Assembly (NCBI RefSeq): GCF_006345805.1 | Contig: NW_021827001.1 | Coordinates: 1 to 11,179 of the forward strand | Source: Octopus sinensis | Lineage: Eukaryota | Direction of reading: 5' to 3' | DNA: 11,179 nt | Part shown: piece after piece, positions 1 through 10,217 of the stretch | Layout: each line of letters opens with the position of its first letter | Position numbering within the stretch: the first letter of the stretch is position 1 | Translations under genes and position numbers: made by a program | The notes under the pieces: model-generated | What the model saw: only the letters and a program-made list of their open reading frames with translations | Database searches by the model: none | What the model was told of the DNA's origin: nothing

Positions 1-19
1 TGTTTTATCGATATACACT

Positions 20-190
20 AACCATCCATCCATCCATACATGCATACATATATACATACATACAACATATATATATACATACATGTGTATGTGTGTGAGT
101 GTATATATATCTTTTTTATATATCTATATATACAGATAGATAGATAGAAAGATAGATAGATAGATATATAAATACACAAACACAAATGCT
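20..190. repeat. Compound microsatellite (CATC)n-(CATA)n-(TA/TG)n-(TAGA)n
   Basis: Read directly: ccatccatccatcc, atacatacatac, and tagatagatagaaagatagatagatagat at about 133-165. Confidence 0.95.
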
Positions 191-759
191 CACACATATA
201 TATATAACAGTTACACACCCATCGCACGCGCAAACCCATATATGATGGACGTTGTTATTGTAAGACATGAACGAAAATCCCAGGCCATGCCGTGACCCAC
301 AGCCTCCATCAACACCGTGACCGCCGCCACCGCCACACACAACATATTACTACTGCATCACTGCAGCAGTAGGGACAATCTTCCTGGATGCTACTCTCTA
401 ACTCTTTTACTTCACTAACACTAAAACCATCAGCACTGCAGCTGCTGTTTGCCTCATCCTTCCACCCCTTGTTACATTCCTTTCTTCTTTCTCTCCATCA
501 TCCTTCATTTCTACTCTTTTTCTCCCCTCCCTCTCCTACTCCCACTCTTGTAGTGCTCTCTTTTATACTAGTAATATTTTTGTTGTTTTGTTTATATATA
601 TCTTCTACTTTTTAAATTTGCTATTTTCTTGTTTTAGTCTGCTTCAATTTATATATTTTTCCTTGTTTATATTTTGCTCTTTTTTAATCCAAAATATCTT
701 TTTCTTGTTGCCCGATAGTAACACACAAATTAAGAGGAAATATCAACGGTAAATATACA

Positions 760-965
760 AATAATAATAATAATAATAATAATAATTCATATGAAAAAAT
801 AAAAGTAACTATAGAAATATAAGCCATAAATTAATACATTAAAAACAAGAGCACTATTGTAATATTAATATGCATACATGTAATAATAGTAATACTATGA
901 ATAATAATAATAATAATAGTAATGTTAATAATAATAATAACAGTAATAGTAATAATAATAATACT
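760..965. repeat. (AAT)9 at 760-786 plus degenerate (AAT/AGT)n at about 880-965
   Basis: Perfect AAT run of 27 nt, followed by a degenerate aat/agt triplet array ending just before the GC-rich island. Confidence 0.95.
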
Positions 966-970
966 AATAG

Positions 971-1185
971 AGTAAGTCAGAGCTAAACCGTTGAACGAGG
1001 TGCGACGCTGTACACTGCTATCAGTCGACTGCGTATGTCGACTGTTGCATTGCTTGTTCGTTCAGCTCTACTCTGAGTGTCGAGAGGATACTTACAGTAT
1101 TACTATCATGAAATGAACCGGTCGGAGACATTAACCTCTTGTTTCCCTTAAGGAATCCGTTGCTGCCGTTGTTGGTGCGGAGACA
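971..1185. promoter_or_regulatory. Small CpG-dense, GC-elevated island; possible promoter/enhancer or exon-containing element
   Basis: Hand count: 100/210 G+C (48%) over 971-1180 and 14 CpGs between 989 and 1179, bounded by (AAT)n and (CA)n/(TA)n tracts. TCAGTC at 1021-1026 fits the arthropod-type initiator TCAKTY. Function is inferred. Confidence 0.35.
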
Positions 1186-1310
1186 CACACACACACATAT
1201 ATATACACACATATTTTCATTACATATACACATTATATAAACATATATATAATATATATTATATATATATATATATATATAATATATATATATATATATA
1301 ATATACTATA
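1183..1310. repeat. (AC)n followed by interrupted (TA)n microsatellite
   Basis: acacacacacacacatatatatacac... then long tatata runs at about 1240-1300. Confidence 0.95.
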
Positions 1311-1749
1311 TAGGTATTTTCATATTTGTACACAATACAGTAAATATCTTGTTATGGAATCTGGAAGCTGCCTGCAGTCTCTAGGTGTTCCCTATGCATT
1401 TTACTGCTGCAAACAGTTTTTCTACTGGGACCTATACAGATGAGAGGACGCTTCTGATCATCGACTACATGTCAACAACTTCTTATGGATATATATATAC
1501 ATATACACGCGCACACAGACAAGGGCCATATATATAAATATATATAACTATATATTTATATTTACATATACAAACACTACATATAAATGTTTTTATTGTT
1601 GTTACCTCTATTACTGCTACTCTTATTTTGACCTTAATTAGCTACAATACATATATCTACAATTTCTCGTTAAATCATCTATTTAGAGATCCATATTTTT
1701 GTATGAATACATTTGTATGTCCCATACATACAGTATTAATCTATCTTCT

Positions 1750-1805
1750 TTCTATCTATCTATCCATCTATCTCTCTCCTTCTTTCACTCTCCTCTCTCT
1801 CTCTC

Positions 1806-1871
<66 letters not shown>

Positions 1872-1893
1872 TGTGTGTGTGTGTGTGTATATA
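1750..1893. repeat. Compound microsatellite (TATC)n-(CT)n-(TA)n-(GT)n
   Basis: Read directly; it accounts for the I/Y/S/L-rich ORFs 1628..1837 and 1699..1896. Confidence 0.95.
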
Positions 1894-2443
1894 TAATTAC
1901 ATAGATAACACAATATATCTTAATTTTTCTCGTTATTGATTTTATATTCCATTTTTCAAAAATGAAAATATTTGTTAGATATCTGTCAAAACTCGATGTC
2001 TTCTATTACTACACACAGTCACACACATGTTGACAGATTTAAATAAGTACACACTCACACTATTCTGTTTATAATTTCATTCATATTATTTGAGCACAAG
2101 CACACAATCTGTTATACACAGACATATACACACACACCTGTATCGATTTTAAACAGAATCGTTAATCGAAGTTCTCAACAAATTTTTAATGAACACAATT
2201 TAAATGCCTGCACATAAATATATACCCGCAGATGTAGTTGTAAATATATTTATGTATTTGGAGATATATATATGGAACAAAACGTAATTTTTTTATCAAC
2301 GGATATATACATGTATATAACAGGCAGATGTATACAAATGCTGTAGTGTGTCTTTTGGATAGTATGAATGAATCAATAACTGTACATTCATCTTCAATTA
2401 CATAGATTTAACTATATTATCACTATATATATATTAATAAAAT

Positions 2444-2446
<3 letters not shown>

Positions 2447-2493
<47 letters not shown>

Positions 2494-2509
2494 TAAAAAT
2501 AATAATAAT
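2447..2509. repeat. (AAT)14 microsatellite with degenerate tail
   Basis: Perfect AAT from 2447 to 2488; source of the poly-Ile in ORF 2423..2638. Confidence 0.97.
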
Positions 2510-3382
2510 TGCAAATATACACACCAAAACTTTATTATTTATCTCCATTTTATATTCAACAGAAAGGTCAATATTGTTGTTCAAACCGAAAGTTAATTTT
2601 ATTTTTTGTACCACTCTTTGTTTGTAATTAAATTTCATAATCTAATTTGTTTGAGTTGTTTATTTGTTTGCATTTTCTTTTATTCTCTTAAGTTGATTTT
2701 AGTTTTTCTTCTTCAATCCTTAAACGGACTCCTAATTCCTCCTTTAACGTCCCACGATGTCCATTTACACACGTGCTTTCTTTCCTACGTGCCCTGTTTC
2801 AATCTTGTCATTCATTAACACGTGTTCAAAGAAACGACACAATCACAAGCAACACATAGATATGAGCTATACTAATTTATTAATGAATATATCATTTATA
2901 GTTTTCTGTTTTCTCCAATTACTCTTATCTCTACATGTGTGCATATACGTATAACAAGGAATGGATATTTATATACACATACATATGCGGATACACGTTT
3001 GAGAAAGTATGAATGAATTTGGCGTTTGAAAGAGTATGTGTGTGTGAGTCTACAGGATGCATAATGTTGACAGTGTTCACGTGTGTAAATGATACAGGCA
3101 GGTATAAATCTCATGACGACAACCAATCTTTTCATAAAACAGAATCCAAACCGTAACCTTTCCAAATATCGTTGCTTGATTATTTCTATTTGCTTTTTTT
3201 GTTATTCCTAGAAACATTATTGATTTGATTTTTACAATTTTTGTTATCACCATTAAGTTTTCACTATTAATCACGGATGTTATAACTGTTCATATATAAT
3301 TTTCTATATAATTAGTTATTTCTACCAAAACTTAATATAGCCGTTAAAGTACCGAATACATTAATTCGTTACACTAAGCCCA

Positions 3383-3449
<67 letters not shown>
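3383..3449. repeat. Perfect (ATCT)16 tetranucleotide microsatellite (GATA family)
   Basis: 67 nt of uninterrupted ATCT repeats. Confidence 0.98.
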
Positions 3450-3916
3450 GCCACATGCGTACACATATATACATATACATACATCAACAAATGTGTGTGT
3501 GTGTCACTGCGTGAATGTGTGTGCGTATGTTCACCAGGTTTATATAATCTATATCGAATCTATCCATCTATAATATTTGCATATATCTATATCGATAGGC
3601 ATTGATCTACTATGTTATACAGTCATTCATTTTCATTCTACCAGAGGAACATTCCTTTAGATAGTTAAGTATTGTAATATATACATATACATACATATAC
3701 ATGAACTAAAAAAAATATCCGCATCATATATCCTCAAATCAAATCTCCAGCTACACATAGAGAAATATATAGAGTAATAAATATAAATCTTCTTCAAGTG
3801 AAGATTAAGTATATGTTCATTTGAGAAAATAACAATTCGTTTCAAGTTATGTTTTAAGCATAGATATCGAAATAAAAAGTAAGATTATGAAAGATAATTA
3901 TGAGTTATTCAACATG

Positions 3917-4030
3917 CAGTAATAGTAGCAGTAGTAGGGACAACAACAGAAACATCAACATCATCGGTTGCAGTAAAAACTACAGCAACATCATCAACAC
4001 GAACATCATCTTCCACAACAAAAACATCTA
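3917..4030. repeat. Cryptic triplet repeat region (AGT/AGC/AAC/ATC mosaic)
   Basis: gtaatagtagcagtagtagggacaacaacagaaacatcaacatcatc...; triplet periodicity with a drifting unit. Confidence 0.75.
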
Positions 4031-4361
4031 TACACCCATGAGCTGGTTACTAAACATTTGCCCCTAACCAACAAACAACTGTTGCGCGTATCTTCTTATT
4101 TAACAACAATAACAACTTAAACCTTTCAAGATGATGCTCCCTGTGAATGATAGGTGAGTGTAATTAGTTTCTTTTGTCAATTGTGTGTGTGTTATTTTGG
4201 GTGAGGCTTTCTTAATATTCTTCCTTCAGAACACATATACATAGAGATATAGACGTACACGCATGCTCACACAGATATATGCACGCAAACAAACGTATAC
4301 ATAAGGACGCAGACACAGGCATATAATCACACTGTAAAAATGCACACTAATTTGAATAGAC

Positions 4362-4573
4362 GAGGGAGCTCTTAGTCAGTTGTTGGACCTTCTAGAAAGA
4401 GCTGCCAAACAACCCTGAATAGTTACTGCTGTATTAAAGAAGACAGGGATATATCAAACAATATAATCCTAAATAAAAAGTAAAGGGATGAGATGGCACG
4501 CTTAGAAGAAATGTGATCAGAGGTCTGTTCTGTCAGATTTGGCCCAGTCGGGGATAAACAATAGCAACAACAC
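4362..4573 (+). mobile_element. Decayed SINE-like interspersed repeat (3' portion) ending in an (AAC)n tail
   Basis: Motifs gaccttctagaaagagctgccaaa, gggatgagatggc, tgatcagaggtctg and ggggataaacaatagcaacaac are colinear with an abundant octopus repeat as I recall it (gacctgctagaaatagcagccaaa...tgatcataggtctgctcgatc...ggggctaaacaacaacaac). This is from memory and needs a Dfam/Repbase search; no family name is assigned. Confidence 0.65.
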
Positions 4574-4683
4574 GATCATACTTAATCCTTTATTAAGTGG
4601 GGACCTGTATACTTCTAATTGATATGAATGACATTCAGCTAAAGAATTGCAAAAAGTTACCATTGCTCTTCTTTTCCATATCT

Positions 4684-4686
<3 letters not shown>

Positions 4687-4778
<92 letters not shown>

Positions 4779-4783
4779 ATAAA

Positions 4784-4829
<46 letters not shown>

Positions 4830-4866
4830 ATAAACATATATATATATATGTGTGTGTATGTATGTA
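4687..4866. repeat. Compound microsatellite (CA)21-(TA)n-GGATAAACA-(TA)n-GGATAAACA-(TA)n-(TG)n
   Basis: Read directly; (CA)21 at 4687-4728, GGATAAACA at 4777-4785 and 4828-4836. Confidence 0.97.
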
Positions 4867-5002
4867 TAAGTGACACGCTAGTATTGTATGAAGTGTTGGT
4901 GAATATAAAACTATTTAATATTGCAATATTAGTTGGATACCAGTGCTATCCAACTAATGTATATGCATCGTGTGCACAGCTCTGTATGTGCGCGCTTCCG
5001 TA

Positions 5003-5040
5003 GTGTGTGTGTGTGTGTATGTGTGTGCGTGCATGCGTGT
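5003..5040. repeat. (GT)n / (GC/GT) microsatellite
   Basis: gtgtgtgtgtgtgtgtatgtgtgtgcgtgcatgcgtgt. Confidence 0.9.
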
Positions 5041-5264
5041 CTTAGACTGCAAGTATTTCTGTATGCATTTCCATATATGTTGTTGATCACCACATCATTA
5101 ATTCAACGAAAAACGGTAACGGAGTGAGGGGGGGGGGCGGATAGTTAAGTGAATATGCGTTTGCATGTATATATGTGTGTGCCTCTTTGTATGTCCTATC
5201 AGTATCTTTGTATCTAAGGAAATATAATATATATATAAATAAATATACATCTGTGTGCCTATAA

Positions 5265-5265
<1 letters not shown>

Positions 5266-5311
<46 letters not shown>

Positions 5312-5330
5312 TATATTCCACACACATATA

Positions 5331-5385
<55 letters not shown>

Positions 5386-5575
5386 TACATATACGTATAT
5401 AGATAGATAGATAGATATATTAGCTTACATACAAATGTACAGATATATATGTATGTATGTATGTATGCATAATTGTATGTATAAGTGCGCTAGTATGTTA
5501 AGATGTATGGATCCTCGCGCTCTCTCTCTATCACTCACTCTATCTATCTGTCTATCTATCTATGTCTCTCTCTAT

Positions 5576-5651
<76 letters not shown>

Positions 5652-5830
5652 GCTACCTACCTACCTAGCTGTTTGCCTCTCTGTCCGTCTGTTTGTTTGT
5701 TTATATATCAGTCAGTCAACTTATCTACCACTTTGATTGTTTGTCGATCTCTCTGTCTAACTATCTATCTATCTACCTACCTATATCTTTATCTTTATCA
5801 TTTTCTATCCACCTATCTGTTTCTTAGTCT
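5266..5830. repeat. Large compound microsatellite field: (TA)n, (TAGA)n, (TATG)n, (CT)n, (TATC)n and degenerate TAYC/TGTY tetramers
   Basis: Read directly; explains ORFs 5087..5380, 5435..5668 and 5562..6005. Confidence 0.93.
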
Positions 5831-6621
5831 GCCCGACACTCTCTCCTTACACAAACACACACTCACATACGCACATACGCACACCCATTCACTCAATCGA
5901 ACCTGCTTGTTTACATTCCTGATTGTGCATCTACCACTAATATGGAAGAAGTACATAACATTTTATATAACTAGTTTATTGCTTCATTGCACACTTAATA
6001 CCTAAATATCTACTCGACCATTTATCTATATTAGTGAACGTCTATATGTTTGTTTCTCTGGCTGTTTAGTTCCATCTCTATTTATCGTATTATACAGATT
6101 ATTTGATATCTGCCAATCATTTATATAACTTTTCTGCATTATCTGAATCTTTCCAGCCATCAAAATAAGAAATTAACACTGCGCTCATTTTCCTTTCTAT
6201 ATTATCTTTGTTGTCTACCTTATCATACTTTTTCTACTTAGTCTTCTCTTTTATTTGTGTTGTTGTTTTGTCTCCTTTCCTCTTCTTATTTGCATTGTTG
6301 TTTTCTTCTCCTTTCATAAAATTTCTTGCCCTCCTTTTCAAAGCACTTACACAGATATGTGCGGTGTGTGTGTCTGTATACGCTGGAAATACATTTGATC
6401 GAAAGGCCGTCCATTCATGACAAACAAATATGACTTTTACACTGTTATACAATGTGTCATTTATTTTTAAGAACGTAATTTGCATTTTCTTTTAGATTTT
6501 ACTGCTATCTTCAGCAGGTCATGCAACAACATTAGATCTTACACATAGTTTTTTCTCTCTTTTTTAATTTTGCATACAACTGGTTTCCGATTGAGGACAT
6601 TTTTGTTTCTCCTAGAAGCTT

Positions 6622-6672
6622 TATACACACACATGCATACATACATACATACATACATGCACAAACACACAC

Positions 6673-6722
<50 letters not shown>

Positions 6723-6770
6723 TATGTATGTGCGTGTGTGTGTGTGTGTGTGCGTCTGTGTGTGTATACA
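6622..6770. repeat. (CA)/(CATA)n arm followed by (GT)n/(GC)n arm
   Basis: Read directly; strict purine-pyrimidine alternation from 6674 to 6755. Confidence 0.95.
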
Positions 6771-6883
6771 TATGCATTTAAATTATCGATATAGCTATAA
6801 ATGTGAAGTCTTATGCCTGAATGCTTCGCAAGTTTTCTTCCTATCTTTATTAACTGTCATTATCTTTAACATTTCACACCTTG

Positions 6884-6885
6884 CT

Positions 6886-6919
<34 letters not shown>

Positions 6920-6945
6920 CTATCTATTTATCTATCTATCTATCT
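6884..6945. repeat. (CT)9-(TATC)n compound microsatellite
   Basis: ctctctctctctctctct tatctatcta... Confidence 0.95.
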
Positions 6946-8302
6946 TTCAATAACGAAGACATATCAATTTAACTATCTAGCTATTAATTTCCTAACCAAT
7001 AGGCTGCTATATGTAACTCAATAAATTTATACTTCACAAAGTCATCATAGGAAATACTCTTTCCTTATTTTATAACTAACACTAATTAAATTTTGCTCTG
7101 CTTAAATACATTTCCTTACAAACACAATCACACCCATCAACCACATAGATATTAGAAAATATATTATCAGATGTATATTTTATTTTCGTTCAAAATTAAT
7201 ATATCTTTTCTCCTTTAAAGCACTTAGTTCAGTTGTACTGATAATGTTGCATCGTCTGATGCTGTTCGATACTCGTTATTTTATATTTTTCAGTTTTTAT
7301 GCTTTAACACGGTTAAACACAGTTTTAACCAGTTTTTTGCTTTATCACGGAAAAATATTCCACATAAGTTTAAAGTACTCTAGAATCTGGTGCATATCTT
7401 TTGTTAGGCTTCAATGACCTTCCCAATCGTACAATTCATTTAACATAAATTTAAAAAGTGTATGTTATTTTACTGAAATTCTTTCGCCCGAAGCTGGTTT
7501 GGGGAATAGGACTCACTTAAAGTGGCAGTTGATTACAAATGACTACCAACAGTGAGAAGTTTCGATGTATACATATGCGATTAATTGTATGCATTCAATA
7601 AGTCCCGAATATGTGTTAATTGTGAATGCAGGATTATATTCTGTCTTTTGAACATTAAATATAGCCAGTCACTGATTATGTGAAAATTTCAAGAACTAAT
7701 ATGATTCTAATATAGCATTTATAGTACATAGTCGTCTCTGAAAAGGCGGATACTGCTATATAGTGTTGGTTAATGCGTATAAGTTCATATTTCGATTCCG
7801 CTAAATACTTCATATTACATTCTTTTCATCTTATTCGATTATGGGTTATTCGTTGAACAGTTTTGATTACAATTTGTATCCGTTTATGTTTGATCCCTAT
7901 ATTCGATTAATTACAGTGAAATATTTCTCATCATTTATGTGTTTCATAATAATACGGGAAATGGTTATAATTGTTTAGTTGGTTAATCTCCAGCATCCGG
8001 GGTCATGATTTTTAGCTATCCGAATTAGAAAATTGGTTTCGATTTCCAATACAAGCTATTTCTTTTATGTTTACTAACATGGAACATGCATAAGCATAAC
8101 AGCTTCCTGTTCCATTTTCTCTGTGGATTTAAGGAATCATATCTCTCCAAAGAACTTATTCAATAATTGAGATAAATGTTAGATGTATAGCTATTTGAAG
8201 AATCATTTAGATACATGGTGCCTGGTGTAAGGAAGCTGCAATGAAGATAGCAATGTATTTATTTATGTCACAATCGAGTAAAGATGTTGAATGTTTTTGA
8301 AG

Positions 8303-8391
8303 TATGTTTCTCGAAATAAATACGGCACCTCAAAACGATCGAATTTGGCAAATCGAAAGGCAACTGAAAACAGAGGAAACTCGAAATAAAG
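8303..8391 (+). CDS. Weak candidate coding exon (MFLEINTAPQNDRIWQIERQLKTEETRNK), unknown product
   Basis: 29 stop-free codons from ATG 8304, GC1 14/29 versus GC3 9/29, E/Q/R/K-rich; flanked by a weak acceptor (tttttgaag|) and a weak donor (AAG|gttaat). No homology recognised. Confidence 0.15.
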
Positions 8392-9526
8392 GTTAATATG
8401 GCAGAATCTAGATATTATTGTAAAGTATAAACTGAGTATATATATATATATTTTCAAGTACACCTTCTGGTTTTAACATTTTTATAAGGAGTCAAAGGGA
8501 AAATTATTTCAGATTTTAGGAGACATATATCCGTAATAATTAGTCCTGATTGTAATTTATTTTAAACACATGAGGACATAAACATTATAGTTGAAACAAC
8601 TATACAGGGCGGTCATGCTGAGATTCTCGATATGTTTATTACTTATATATTCTTATTTATTTTGTAGAATTACACGCTACACTAGATAGTTCCGTCAATA
8701 GATCGTTAAAGTTTCTTATTTTCTATCTCAGATCATCTTCATCTAATCACTGCAATGCATTAATTATAGTCGCATATGTTACCTGAAGAACATGGTGAGA
8801 TTTGGTTCACATTTTTAGTGCTTCTCCATAAGCAGTGTCACAGTTAAAATTTCACGATCCGGTTCTCCTTTACAGGTGCTAATATGTTATAGCATTGTAC
8901 TAAAGATTGTCTCTGAATCGTCGTGTCTTAAATACGGGTACACATTTGAATATTTAAAACAATTAGCTCAGACGAATGCACTTGTATGCATGGGTATGCG
9001 TACCTACATACATTAAACTCATCAATTTATCTACCCATTCATCTACCCATGTGTGTATATATATATATATGCAATTTTATGCATGGTTGTGTATGTGGCG
9101 TGGTTGCATATACGTGGAAATAGAAACAGGTAGAGAGAGTGAGCAACAGGGAGAGAGAAAGGGAGAAAGAGACGTCGTAATCTCTTTTATCGGAGCAACG
9201 TGTTTCTATTAGTTAACATCGTGCGTATTTTGATGTTTATTTGCAAATTTCTGTACATCTTTAGGGTCGTGTTTAGAACAACTTAATGATACTGTAAAAA
9301 CATGCTTTTTATCAACAGAGTATACATCACAACATGAAAATAATTTTGCTTGCTGTTCTTTTCAGTCTCTCCAGTGTGATCTTAATGTACAATGCAGTTC
9401 TCATTGATTTTTATAAATGCACATTCTTGAGAAATAACATACATAAACCACACATATATTTGCGAGATAACATTTAGTCTGACTGCTCCAAAACATTGAT
9501 GCTGTAGATTTTATTAGAACAACATG

Positions 9527-9588
9527 ATACATACATACATACATACACATATATATATAGAGAGAGAGGGGGAGAGAAAGAGAGAGAA
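9527..9588. repeat. (ATAC)n-(TA)n-(GA)n compound microsatellite
   Basis: Read directly. Confidence 0.93.
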
Positions 9589-10217
9589 ACGCACGTACAC
9601 AATCATTAACAAAAGTACGTATGTGCTTATGTATGTTTGCATCCCAGCATGATTGCATTACATACAAATGTTACTCTCTCTGAATGTGTTTCCATGAAAC
9701 ATGATGGATAACATTCTAGTGTTGCTAATTTTGAGAAAGAATGGATCTCCCTTTTCTTTTTCTTGTTTTCAATAACCAGACCTCTCAACTTGGGTGGTAG
9801 GTGATTGCAGCTTGCGGTCCAAGAAATATAATCCAAACATAATTCATATCGCACCCTGCATACTTTCATAAAGAAGGAATATATTGGATTTACCCTATAT
9901 CTTAAAAAAAAACCCAAATGGAAAACTTATCATGCATTTCTATCTCTCTCTGAGACTGCGATTCATGTCTATTCAGTAGACGTCCCATTGGTGTTCAACC
10001 AAAACATATGATAGACAAGACGGTAGTATTAACAGTGTGTGTATTTCAATACACATTAAGCTATGTTAGGTTACATTTCCCTGTAACACATTTCATTGAT
10101 TGCAGCATGCGTGGAAGACATTTTCTGATCGCTGTACCTATAGTCGTCCTAACAATCAATTCAAAGGTGATGATTGTTCGTATCACCTCATTAAATGATC
10201 TCTCATATATTCTAAAA

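Noticed and set aside
310-500. Minus-strand 62-codon ATG-less frame containing EDCPYCC
   Set aside because: Upstream sequence on that strand is purine-rich with no acceptor; the region is degenerate triplet repeat; a single CxxC is not evidence of a zinc finger.
1355-1443. Short ORF MESGSCLQSLGVPYAFYCCKQFFYWDLYR and overlapping frames in a locally GC-richer patch
   Set aside because: Under 30 codons, no donor site and no recognisable motif.
363-3943. 15/16 match GCAG(C/T)AGTAGGGACAA at 363-378 and 3928-3943
   Set aside because: Both copies sit in cryptic triplet repeats, flanks do not align, and a match this short is within chance for 11 kb.
3904-4041. Ser/Thr-rich mucin-like frame (VGTTTETSTSSVAVKTTATSST...)
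   Set aside because: A by-product of ACA/TCA triplet repeats; bounded by stops with no start codon or convincing splice sites.
5128-5140. G10 run as a possible G-quadruplex
   Set aside because: A single 10-G tract plus GG is insufficient for a canonical four-tract G3 quadruplex.
6478-6540. Strong plus-strand acceptor tttgcattttcttttag| at 6495
   Set aside because: All three frames stop within about 25 codons and there is no good donor; such acceptors are common in T-rich DNA.
6-6791. DRE-like TATCGATA at 6-13, 3590-3597 and 6784-6791
   Set aside because: Widely scattered and easily produced from TATC/GATA/TA microsatellite sequence; no clustering at a promoter-like site.
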